A stretch of DNA of 62,957 bases, counting the filler, from Octopus bimaculoides (Eukaryota), in the NCBI RefSeq assembly GCF_001194135.2. It is 8 parts of 8 records of this genome, joined end to end, with 100 filler letters (N's around TTAATTAATTAA, not from the genome) between each part and the next. Parts side by side here need not be neighbours in the genome. Positions count along the whole stretch, not along the records: positions 7,979 to 32,250 come from NC_069007.1; positions 32,351 to 35,865 come from NC_068996.1; 6 more parts are not named here. The stretch is one strand, 5' to 3'. The position numbers and the translations under genes were made by a program. Below are positions 24,926 to 35,965 of this stretch, one piece after another (the stretch's first letter is position 1; each line of letters starts with the position of its first letter). A model generated the notes under the pieces. The model was not told where the DNA came from. It saw only the letters and a program-made list of their open reading frames with translations, and did no database searches.

Positions 24926-25225
24926 TTACTCTTCTGTTGTTGTAACCCATGAGTCATTTGCTTTTTCCTTCAATTTCCGCCTACAATTCTCGGTGACCCC
25001 TTCAAAAATGGGGTCACGGACGTAACTCTTCTTTTTCTGACTAAGCCATTTAAAAACCAAACAAAAAAAAATTGAAAAGTACAAAACGAAAACAAATGAA
25101 CAATAAATACAAACAAATACCACAATAAATAAATAAATAAACTTGCTTGTTTGCATACTTGCTTGCTCTATGCTGCAAGCGGCCTCCTCAATCTCGACAA
25201 CAGCGTCAAACGGCGCGTTCGCCAT
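24926..25225 (-). CDS. Candidate first coding region of an unidentified minus-strand gene (MANAPFDAVVEIEEAACSIEQA...)
   Basis: ATG-initiated, protein-like composition at both ends, T-rich intron-like middle with candidate donors at 25158 and 25142. No family recognised. Confidence 0.25.
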   Translation of the reverse strand: MANAPFDAVVEIEEAACSIEQASMQTSKFIYLFIVVFVCIYCSFVFVLYFSIFFCLVFKWLSQKKKSYVRDPIFEGVTENCRRKLKEKANDSWVTTTEE

Positions 25226-27191
25226 TATTAATCTTCTATATTACTCTGACGTCTGGTAATTTGGCCAAATCGGCGACAGCAGTACACGAACCAGGAAACT
25301 GTTATCTTTAGGGGTCTAAATCCCACTTGCCAATTTAATATATTTGTTTTGGTTAATTTTTTTTTTGGTTAGTCGTTTTTCCTTTTATTTTTTTTTTTAT
25401 TTAACTTTCGTTTTGGCTGTGATTTTTTTTATTTTTGGTTGTTTTTTTTTCTCGAAAATGCAGATGAAGAACAAGATTACCAATGAACAACTGTACCAAC
25501 CTTCTTACCCCACCCCCACCCTTCCTCTTCGTGCCACACACTCAACTCCGCAATTACGTACGCCACCTCCTCCTTGCCCCCCCACATCAACACACACACA
25601 CAGACACATTTGCACACACACAAACACACGTGCACTAAAACAAGCATATATATATATATATCTATACATATATATATATATATGTGTATATATATTTTTA
25701 TATATATGTATATATATATATATATATATATACATACATTTGTATATGTATGCACATATATTTACAGGTTTATATCTGCGTGTGTGTGTATATATATATA
25801 TATGTATATATATTTATATACATATATGTATATTTATGTGTGTACATGCATGTGAGTGCGTGCATACGTGGCACAAATAGCCACGACTCCCACGCATACG
25901 CACACACGAAATCATACGTGCGCGCAAACGCAATTGTGCAAATGTATAAAAATCCACACACACACACGCGCGCGCGCGCGCATACAAACACACTGAAACG
26001 TGCATATAAATAAACAGATTTGCACGCGCGTGTGTGCATATATACATGCATACATACATACATACATACACACGCACACACACATATATATATATATATA
26101 GGGAGAGAGAGAGTATACACACATATTTCCCTCTCACTATGAAACCAGTGGCACACACATGCTGTTGAAGTTGCACAAAGTGACATTCACGAAAAAATCA
26201 AGTCATCTGCACACAAACATTTTATATGCAAAAACATGCATACATATTCACGCGTAGGTTAGGTGCGACGAAGAAGTCGAACCATTTCTCCTGCGAAACA
26301 ACACTGATGTAAGAAAGTCGAACCTTAAGTTATAACAAACACTAACCAAAAGCTTTTTTTTTTGTTTTAATGTTCTAAAATGTTATTTACCTAATTTCTA
26401 AATTAATTCAATTCTTTGATCTTTCTGGGCAAATATATCTATCATATTTTCATAGAAATCTTCTCTTTTCATTAACTGTTGTAATGTCTCTTTTCGAAAA
26501 ACTATTTCTCAAAATATCGTTTATAACACTCATTTCGAAAAAGGCTACTTTTATATAAGAACATACGTGTAAGCATCTGAGTAAATTGTAAGTCATTTCA
26601 ACAAAACGGAAAAAATAACGTTAGTCAAATTAATTTAAGATTAATTAGCTACTTCTGAAATAAGAAATATAACATAGATAATATTTTTTTTTCAGAACAC
26701 TCCAAAAATATAATAGTGCNNNNNNNNNNNNNNNNNNNNNNNNNNNNNNNNNNNNNNNNNNNNNNNNNNNNNNNNNNNNNNNNNNNNNNNNNNNNNNNNN
26801 NNNNNNNNNNNNNNNNNNNNNNNNNNNNNNNNNNNNNNNNNNNNNNNNNNNNNNNNNNNNNNNNNNNNNNNNNNNNNNNNNNNNNNNNNNNNNNNNNNNN
26901 NNNNNNNNNNNNNNNNNNNNNNNNNNNNNNNNNNNNNNNNNNNNNNNNNNNNNNNNNNNNNNNNNNNNNNNNNNNNNNNNNNNNNNNNNNNNNNNNNNNN
27001 NNNNNNNNNNNNNNNNNNNNNNNNNNNNNNNNNNNNNNNNNNNNNNNNNNNNNNNNNNNNNNNNNNNNNNNNNNNNNNNNNNNNNNNNNNNNNNNNNNNN
27101 NNNNNNNNNNNNNNNNNNNNNNNNNNNNNNNNNNNNNNNNNNNNNNNNNNNNNNNNNNNNNNNNNNNNNNNNNNNNNNNNNNNNNNNNNNN

Positions 27192-27619
27192 ACCTTTGAA
27201 AAACCAAAACCTTGTGTATAATACGCACCCCTTCTCTAACTTGAGTCAAGGAGGTCTATATAACGTCCTTGGTTTGTAAACATATATACTGTAACGTCCT
27301 TTATTATTATTGTATATATAACATAATGCAAACGTGTAGCTTTTTTGTGCTCTTTGTTTGCAGAAAATAAAGAAATAACAGTAATAACGACAGTGAAAAA
27401 TAAATATTAAGTAAATTGCCTTTCACATATTTATCACTATCAGTTACAAGCCCGACATCACAAAATGCGTCTGAATAAACATTGCCGGGCAGTAAATAGA
27501 GACTCGGACATTGCTTAGAAAATATTTTTCATTTTTAACCTCGTATATAGTACGCTCTTGGGATTTTGATCTTTAAATATTTTGGGGAAAATGTGGATTA
27601 TACTTGAGGATTTACGGTA
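27192..27619. mobile_element. Putative pogo/Tc1-type non-autonomous element end
   Basis: Right end ...GGATTATACTTGAGGATTTACGG|ta; the left part disappears into the gap. Confidence 0.3.
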
Positions 27620-27728
27620 TTTTCACTTCCACTAATCTTTAAAACTGAGCAGCAGATGGTCACAACAGTGCACGCATGCTTCTTTATTCAGTCCTAGATC
27701 ATTATGTTTGCTCTGGTACCAGAAAGTC

Positions 27729-27977
27729 CGGGGCCGAGTTAGAGAATTTACCAGTGGGGCCTCACTACCCTACAAAAGCTGAAGGCTGACGTTTTGTGCT
27801 ACGTGTAGTACACCAGTCCCTGCCAAAAAACGTTGACTGCTTGAGGCTTTATCATTAGCCACAATAATATGCAAAAATTCATCATAGGGTCTTCAACTCG
27901 ACTTTGTGCGTGGGGCCCTGTCTTTGTGCGGGGCATAATTTGAAGAAACCTGTCTAATTGGCTTAAAACTGGCCCTG
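27729..27977. mobile_element. Putative hAT-type MITE
   Basis: Ends CGGGGCCGAGTT and AAACTGGCCCTG (reverse complement CAGGGCCAGTTT). TSD is not clean. Confidence 0.4.
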
Positions 27978-28256
27978 CTTAGAGTCGTAAACCCGGCTTC
28001 CACGTCCGCGCAAGTGACCGAGGTCTCAACATTCCCTCTGAATAGGACGGCATTTTGCAGCTGAGTGAACTGTAGTAATATGAAATCAAGTGTTTTATTC
28101 AAAAACTCAAATGTAAATTTCAGTCCAGGAATCGAAACCACGTTGTTGCGATCGAGAGCGCGCAAGAATCTAATCGTCAGGCCATGCGTCTTTGCCTTAG
28201 TCTTTTATGCTTGAATTTTATTGAAATCGTTACAGGAACATCCTAACAGCATTTTT

Positions 28257-28830
28257 CCACATTGGTTTCAAATTTTGGCACAAGGCCAGCAATTTCAGTG
28301 GAAGGAGTAAGTCAACTACATCCACCTCAGTTTTCAACTGGTACTTATTTTATCGACCCCGAAAGGTAAAGTCAACCTCGGCGGAATTTGAACTGCGGCG
28401 TTTTCCCGGCGTGCTAACAATTCTGCCAGTTCGGCGCCTTAGGAGCTATATATAATATTGATTTCAAATATTGGCACAAGGCCAGCAATTTTGGGGTGGG
28501 GAGAGGTAAATCGATTACATCCACACCAGTTCTCAACTGGTAATTATTTTACCGACCCCGAAAAGAATGAAAGTTAAAGTTAACCCTGGCGGAATTTGAA
28601 CTCAGAACATAAAGTCTGTAGAAATTCCGCTAAGCATTTTGCTCGATGTGTTAATGATTCTGCAAGCTTGCCGCCTCAGGAACCACATGTGATATTGATT
28701 TTATCGACCCCCTTCCCCAGGGGGATGAAATGCAGAGTCGGTCTCAGCGGTATTTGAACTCAGAACGTTAAGACAGATGAAATGCCGCGAAGCATTTCGT
28801 CCGCGTGCTAACGGTTCTGCCAGCCCGCCA
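28257..28830 (-). mobile_element. Three head-to-tail SINE family C copies
   Basis: GGAATTTGAACTC...TTCTGCCAG repeated at roughly 200-bp spacing. Confidence 0.8.
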
Positions 28831-29288
28831 TCTCACCGTAGTCTTCCATAGTACGAGTGCATACACTTTTCACATCACTTTATATATTTATATCTGCAGG
28901 ATTATCCGTTCTTGGAATCGTACTGTAATATGTTTTGGCCACGACATCATGTCTCATGCACTGATAATACATAGATAATACATAGATAATACGTAGATGA
29001 AACATTAATATTACTGTAATGACATTTTCAATAATCCACAAACAGTATTCGTTCCATTCTTTGTATTAACTCCACGGACACCATAAGGGGTTATTTGCTT
29101 TACGTGTATCTCTGCCCTCGTGTATTTGGTATTTACTTGTCTTTTCTTGTCCTTGTATTACAAAAGCATAACTCTATGTATGTATGTGTGTATGTATGTA
29201 TGTATGCAGGAAGGCAGGAGTGTAGGTAAATACATATGTATGCATGTTTGTATTTATGCATGTACGTAGGTATGTATGTAGTTAGGTG

Positions 29289-29786
29289 AGGAGGCGCAAT
29301 GGCCCAGTGGTTAGGGCAGCGGACTCGCGGTCATAGGATCGTGGTTTCGATTTCCACACCGGGCATTGTGAATGTTTATTGAGTGAAAACACCTAAAGCT
29401 CCACCAGGCTCCGGCAGGGGATGGTGGCGAACCCTGCTGTACTCTTCCACCACAACTTTCTCTCACTCTTTCTTCCTGTTTCTGTTATGCCTGTAATTCA
29501 AAGGGTCAGCCTTGTCACTCTGTGTCACGCTGAATATCCCCGAGAACTACGTTAAGGGTACACGTGTCTGTGGAGTGCTCAGCCANNNNNNNNNNTTTCT
29601 GTTATGCCTGTAATTCAAAGGGTCAGCCTTGTCACTCTGTGTCACGCTGAATATCCCCGAGAACTACGTTAAGGGTACACGTGTCTGTGGAGTGCTCAGC
29701 CACTTGCACGTTAATTTCACGAGCAGGCTGTTCCGTTGATCGGATCAACTGGAACCCTCGACATCGTAAGCGACGGAGTGCCAACA
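29289..29786 (+). mobile_element. SINE family B with an apparent internal duplication across a 10-N gap
   Basis: 29477-29585 is repeated at 29596-29704 on the other side of the gap. Confidence 0.85.
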
Positions 29787-31074
29787 ACATGTTGTTAGGT
29801 ACGCAAGCCGGTACGTATGTATTCTTGTATCATTGTACGTACGTACGTACGTACGTAAGTACGTAAGTATGTATGTATGTATGTATGTATGTATGTATGT
29901 ACGTACGTATATATGTATATACGTGTATATGTATGGATGCATGTATGTGTGTGTGTATGTAATGTATGTATATAGTTAGGTATGCAAGCCGGTACGTACG
30001 TATGCTTGTACGTACCATTGTATGTACGTGTACATGTATGGATGTTTGTGTGTATGTAATGTATGTTTATATGTATATGTCTATGTATGCATGTATGTAT
30101 GCATAAATTTATATATGTGTATATATGTATGTATATATTTTCTTCCTTACTCGAGTATATTTTCCCGGTTACCGACTTCGTGACCAATTTTGTAAAGAGA
30201 ATGTTTTTTTAAAATAAAGACATGCCTTGGTCTCTTCACTAACATTTCTGCAACAATTCATTCTATAAAAATTAAGAAAGTCTTGCAGACTTTTATTTTT
30301 CCAGATATTTTGAAATATTGCGCATCATATGATTAACGCACTACGATCATTCTATTATAATCTAAGTACAGCCAATGCTCGATTAATGCGGATTAGTACA
30401 TATTCTGTGAATGAATGAATATATTTATGCATGTGTATATTTATGTATGCATATATAAGTGACGGAATATTCCACAAACATATACCCTCTTAATGTGTGT
30501 GTGTGTGTCTGCGTGTGTGTGTGTGCGCGTGTGTATGTGTGTGTGCGTGTGTGTGTGATCTTTTAATTACCAGTATAATCCACCTGACAGAATTCTTTAC
30601 AGTTACCATTAATCCAAAATATAAATCGATCCAAGGCTATAGAAAATGACATTTGCAAAAAAAAAAAAAAATAAATAAATAAATAAAAACAAAAAGAAAA
30701 ACAAAACACCGCGTAGTTAAATCGAGCCCTTGACCCTGGGGTTGAGAAGCGAACGTCTTAATCATTAACCCACACTACGTCTGGTAGTCATGCATACATA
30801 AGTACATACATACATACGTACATACATACATACATATATACACAGACACACAGACACACACTCATACAAATAAACATATATACACACATAATTTCAAATT
30901 TTTCTCCAGGGTGGGCAGCTTTGGAGAGGAGGGGTAAGTCGATTTGCATTGTCCCTCCGCTAGTACTTGACTGGTATTTATTTTATCGATCCCACCAAGA
31001 TGAAAGGCTAAATGGATCTCTGCCGAATTTGAACTCAGAACCTAAAGCCAAATAAAAGTTTCGATGCATAATGA

Positions 31075-31590
31075 CGGAACTCTATACACGCGTATCCTCC
31101 AACAGAAACGGAAGCTACCTAGTCCCATTGTTATGTGTGAGCGATTTCACTGAGGAGCAACGGACAATAATTAAATTGTTCATGGCGAAACCTTAAGGTG
31201 TATATATAGCGTAGGCTCGAAATTCAAAGACTTTTCCATTCTTCCTGAGTGTTAAACAAATACACCTGCTTGATGTTCCTACACCTGACTTCGTCTTTTT
31301 TCTGTACATTTGAAATATATATATACTGTTGTGTCTGGGGAGAGTCATTTTCTTATTGTGCCTTAAAATTTAACACACTCACCGGTAAAATTTCCACTTA
31401 AGACTATTGAAAAGGTTGCAAGACGCAACGAAAATTTTAGGAGAATAAAAATAAGAAATAAGTGGAAATTTTACCGGTGAGTGTGTTAAATTATAAGGCA
31501 CAATAAGAAAATGACTCTCCCCAGACAAGAGAATATGCTCCAACACACGAAATCACATAAAAAAAATCTTGCAAACCAAATCCCAAAACG
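31075..31590. mobile_element. Penelope-like repeat remnants with a hammerhead-like motif and a 70-bp inverted repeat
   Basis: CTGAGGA-stem-GAAAC-palindrome at 31150-31199; inverted arms 31330-31398 and 31459-31527. Confidence 0.45.
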
Positions 31591-31675
<85 letters not shown>

Positions 31676-31676
<1 letters not shown>

Positions 31677-31766
31677 TAGCAGAAATACCCGGCGTTGCCC
31701 GGGTTAAAGAGAATAATGAAATCTAAAAACGCCGTCTAGACTACGCATCATCTTTATATATAGAGA
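31676..31766 (-). mobile_element. Minimal non-autonomous Helitron (about 91 bp)
   Basis: Minus strand a|TCTCTATATATAAA ... CCCGGGCAACGCCGGG hairpin, TATTTCTGCTAG|t: 5'-TC, subterminal hairpin, CTAG-3' and an A|T target. Confidence 0.7.
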
Positions 31767-31895
31767 TGTATATACACACACGCACCCAAACACACGTATA
31801 TATATGTATATCAATATAAATATATGAAAGTCAATGAAGTTTCGTAAAAGAAGGTGATCATGTACATACTTTCTTGCTGTTTTGATTATAACACC

Positions 31896-32250
31896 TCATT
31901 GTAAACTATGTTCCTTGTTTTCCCTTGTGGAGCATATACAAATAGGTTTTTTGTTGCTGCCCACTCTTGAGCAGCCAACATACAGTTGTCCATGTGAGAA
32001 GCAGGGCTCTTCCAAGAGAAGACCAGCTACAGACAGTGTTTGACCCTGAGATTTGTTTATGGACATGGCAAAAGTCACACGAAGGGGCAATTTTAGTCTT
32101 CTGAATGTAAAAGGAATTTCTGCTCCTGATAGAGTAAGAGGAATTCTTGGAATAAAGACGTCATCCCCTTTTGCACATCCAGAAAGAATGGTAGCCTCGA
32201 TAACGTGTGACATCATTTTCTAAATAATGCTCATCTGTTATGTTCGGGTT
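31896..32250 (-). pseudogene. Helitron Rep-Hel PIF1 helicase C-terminal fragment
   Basis: VFIPRIPL...FRRLKLPLRVTFAMSINKSQGQTL...CFSHGQLYVGCSRV are PIF1-family helicase C-terminal motifs. Confidence 0.9.
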
Positions 32251-32661
32251 NNNNNNNNNNNNNNNNNNNNNNNNNNNNNNNNNNNNNNNNNNNNTTAATT
32301 AATTAANNNNNNNNNNNNNNNNNNNNNNNNNNNNNNNNNNNNNNNNNNNNCTGTTGTTAATGTACTGTTTGCATTTTTAATTGTGTACCATCTCTCCATT
32401 TTTTTTGTCCTTTTCGTATACATTCGCTTGGTTTCTTCCAAGAAATCTAATGCTCTTAGATGAGATTTTCTTGGGGACCGGTCAGATTAGAGCAGTCTCG
32501 AGTGTAACCGGCTGAAACTGCTAAGATGATCTGGAACTTGACTGAGGAAAGAAAACTCCGAATGACCCGTCCTTCTTTTTCCTGTCCTTTTTTGTATTGT
32601 CTAACTGTCCGGATGTTTTGTTGTCGCCTGTTACGTTCTTGTTCCATTTATATATATATAT

Positions 32662-33791
32662 TGATACGGACCGCCGAAATACAAAATAACGTTATGTCCC
32701 TATTCCCCGATCTGGGTTTAAAACCGTATTCTGGTTGCTGAGGACAATGGTATTCCTTTGTCCTGTCAACATGCACAGCTATTTTTAGCGTAGGTGTGAT
32801 CGATGACTCTTTCCGGTCACCAAAAGTTCAGAAAAACAAGTTAGGAACTGTACTAGACTGACCCAGCTGTGGAGGGGGGTAACATATGACTATTGGTTAC
32901 GGTATCTCTCATAAATACGGAGCAGAGATTTGAGAAGCAGTTGGCGTGAGCGGTTGGTATCGAGCAGTTGGCAGAGCAGGAGTTGGCGTATGGAGTTGGT
33001 ATCAGGCAGTTGATGGACGAGCAGTTGGCGGACAAGCAGTTGGATGAAGAACGCGAGCCGGTGTGATGGCCAGCAGCCATTGAAGAACAAGTGTGTGACG
33101 GCCTACAGCCAGTACACAAAGCAAGATGAACAAAGAGACTGGCAGAAAGAGGCTAAAAGAGAGAGGCTATGGTCAGAAGGTACCAGTCAGCAGAAATGGA
33201 TAGAGTCAATGAGAGAGAAGGGACTGTTGTGGCAGGCAAAAGATTGTAGTAGACTACCTTGGTCAGTTCTTGTGATTGTAGTGGGATATTTGAAAGAAAG
33301 GAAATTCTTGCGGTGAAGGTTTGTTTAAATATTCTTTAAAGAGAGAACTTTGTTGTTACATGATGTTGAAAGAACTTTGCTAACTCTTGTTAAATGGTTG
33401 AAAAGAAAGAAAAGAAAAGAATTTTGTTGTGACATGTTGTTCAAAGAAAAGAAAAACAAAGAAGTAAAAGAACTTTTAATTGACTTCATATACGAACTCT
33501 TGATTGTAAACTTTTGATTATGTTAAATGCTTGCATGCGCTATTGTTACATGTTATTAAATTGTTATGCAATGTTTTGTATTGATGATGTATTCTTTTGC
33601 TAAGAAAAAAACGTTAGTTCCACTACGCAACGTATGGTCTCCGTGTTATTTCTTCCTCCTTTTGTCTGTTGTTGTCGTTACGTGCTCCGGCCTGGGCTTA
33701 GTCGTGGCGAACATCCCGACTCACTGAGCGACGACGTTCGCGCGCGATTTTCTCTTCGTTTGAGGTGCTTCGCGTACGGGTGTTCGTAACA
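32662..33791. mobile_element. Solo LTR (1130 bp) inserted in a (TA)n tract
   Basis: TG...CA termini; imperfect terminal inverted repeats TGATACGGAC / TGTTACGAAC; ATAT(AT) on both flanks; no internal coding remnants. Confidence 0.65.
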
Positions 33792-33936
33792 ATATATATA
33801 NNNNNNNNNNNNNNNNNNNNNNNNNNNNNNNNNNNNNNNNNNNNNNNNNNNNNNNNNNNNNNNNNNNNNNNNNNNTATATATATATATATATATATATAT
33901 ATCTGTAAAAATATGTGACACTTATTCAGTAGCCAA

Positions 33937-33998
33937 GGTAAAACTCCGAGTTTCGGATGTCAGGGTGGGAGCCCACGCCAACAACTCTTCAGTTATCC
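33937..33998 (-). ncRNA. Type I hammerhead ribozyme candidate (Penelope/retrozyme-like)
   Basis: GGAUAA-CUGAAGA-stem II-GAAA-CU(CGG)AG-UU-UUACC: complete core with stems I-III formable by manual folding. Confidence 0.55.
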
Positions 33999-34271
33999 GG
34001 CTATTGAAAATTCCTCTGAAAAATTACCGTAAAAACAAAGGGAAATTACTGTATAGTGATAAGGTCAAAACGCGTCTAAAACTGCGCATATAATCGCATG
34101 CACGTATATATCTATATACGCACGCATATATCTATAAATTTCTCGGAAACATGCAGAGGTATTTGTTCAAAATTTGGATCATGCTCTTGAAAAATAAAAC
34201 ACGTAAACACGGGGTTTCGTAAAACAGGTCCTCATAAAGCGAAGTATTACTAATATATACACACATACACA

Positions 34272-35142
34272 CGTGGTCTGATCAATAAGTATCCGCATTC
34301 TTACTATAGTTACGAAGCTAAAGCACGAGAGTGAAGCCACTTATCACAGATTGACCTTGAACTCTGCTCTGCATGCGCACTAAGTTTTAACGTTCTAGCA
34401 CACTTCCGCTGTTTACAGCAGTGCTGGGAAGGAACGTGTGTAGCGTGTGATCATCACATTGACCCTGATAGAGAAAGTTGAGCAGAGAATCTGCATCAAA
34501 TTTTGCCAAAAGCTTGGCGATATCTGCTCAAAGGCCTACACAATGTCTTCAGTTTTCATCGTTCTCGACACGTTCAAAAACTTGTGCAACTGAAACCCGA
34601 GTGTCATTTTGATCAGCTGAAAGTAATTTTGGCACAAACTTAGCAGGCACGCGTCTCATACCCAAATCTTCAGTGATAAGACTGAACTAGATCATAACTA
34701 ATCTGCACATCCTTTGATAACTCACGGATGGTGATTCGATGATTTCCCCTAACAGCTTCACGCGCATCTGCGATGTTTTTCTCAGTTCTGCTGGTTGCGG
34801 ATCTCCTGGAAGGTTAGTTAATATCGACATTTTTTCAGCCATCTTGGAAACGTCTGCACCACTCCTACACTCATCTCCATACACTTTCTGCAACTTTGTT
34901 TAGGCCTCTGTACAGGTATCGCCATGACAACTTTCTCTGCCATGGTCAATGCGACGATCATACGTTACACACCTTCCTTCCAAGCACTGCTGTAGACAAC
35001 GGAAGTGAACTAGAACGTTAAAACTTAATGCACACGCACAGCAGGTTTCAAGGTCAATCTCTGCCAAGAAGCGTCACTCTGTGTTTTAGCTTTGTTACTA
35101 TGCCAACAGTCCGGAATCCGGATACTTACTGATCAGACCTCG
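34272..35142. mobile_element. Mariner-derived fold-back element built from two 5' ends
   Basis: TIRs CG(T/A)GGTCTGATCA(A/G)TAAGTATCCG with TA on the right. The plus arm encodes EKVEQRICIKFCQKLG; the minus arm encodes KLQKVYGD...TEDLGMRRVPAKFVPKLLS. Confidence 0.8.
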
Positions 35143-35569
35143 TACGTCCGAAAAAAAGACAGCTTCTTTAGTTTCTGTCTATCAAATCCACTCACAATGG
35201 TTTGGTAGGCGCAAGGCAATAGTAGAAGACTCGTGGCCAAGTTGTCACGCAGTGGTTCTGAACCTGGAACCATGTGATTAAGAAGCAATCTTCTCACCAC
35301 ACATCTACGCCTGTGTTAATCTTTAATATCATGCGATAACTATTACCATCACTGCAAACATTATCACGACGGCGATCGAAGTTTCTTCTTCGTGGTCAAA
35401 TCTCTCATGAACTTCCCTCTTATCACAATGCATTTGTTTATGAATGCATTCAGTGAGTATATAAATACTGGTTGGACACTCGTTGTCTGAATAGTACATC
35501 CTAGTCATGCCTGGACTATTATAAACCACAACGAGGAAAACGAATATTAGTAATAATAATAATAATAAT

Positions 35570-35603
<34 letters not shown>

Positions 35604-35965
35604 GCTGCCCTGATGCAGTACCAGGCAGTGGCTCTCATGGCTTCTGATCTTCATTGATTGGAAGTGTTATCATGTACATTGTCTTGCCTTGGTATAAAAG
35701 ATAGGATACAGCAAATATTCTGCTCAAAACCACATATTTGCTTATCAGTTTTTTTACCTTAACCAGTTGAGCATGTCCCTTGGTGGCTGACGATATGTGC
35801 ATCTCTGATCATGAGTAGAAGTAGTGGGAGAGCATCATAGCCATGTGTTGAGAGGAATTCTTTGGNNNNNNNNNNNNNNNNNNNNNNNNNNNNNNNNNNN
35901 NNNNNNNNNTTAATTAATTAANNNNNNNNNNNNNNNNNNNNNNNNNNNNNNNNNNNNNNNNNNNN

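Noticed and set aside
29477-29704. ~110-bp tandem duplication inside a SINE
   Set aside because: The copies are identical and flank a 10-N gap; most likely an unmerged contig overlap.
32560-32585. CTGAGGA...CCGAAT motif
   Set aside because: GAAA is broken and stem I cannot form.
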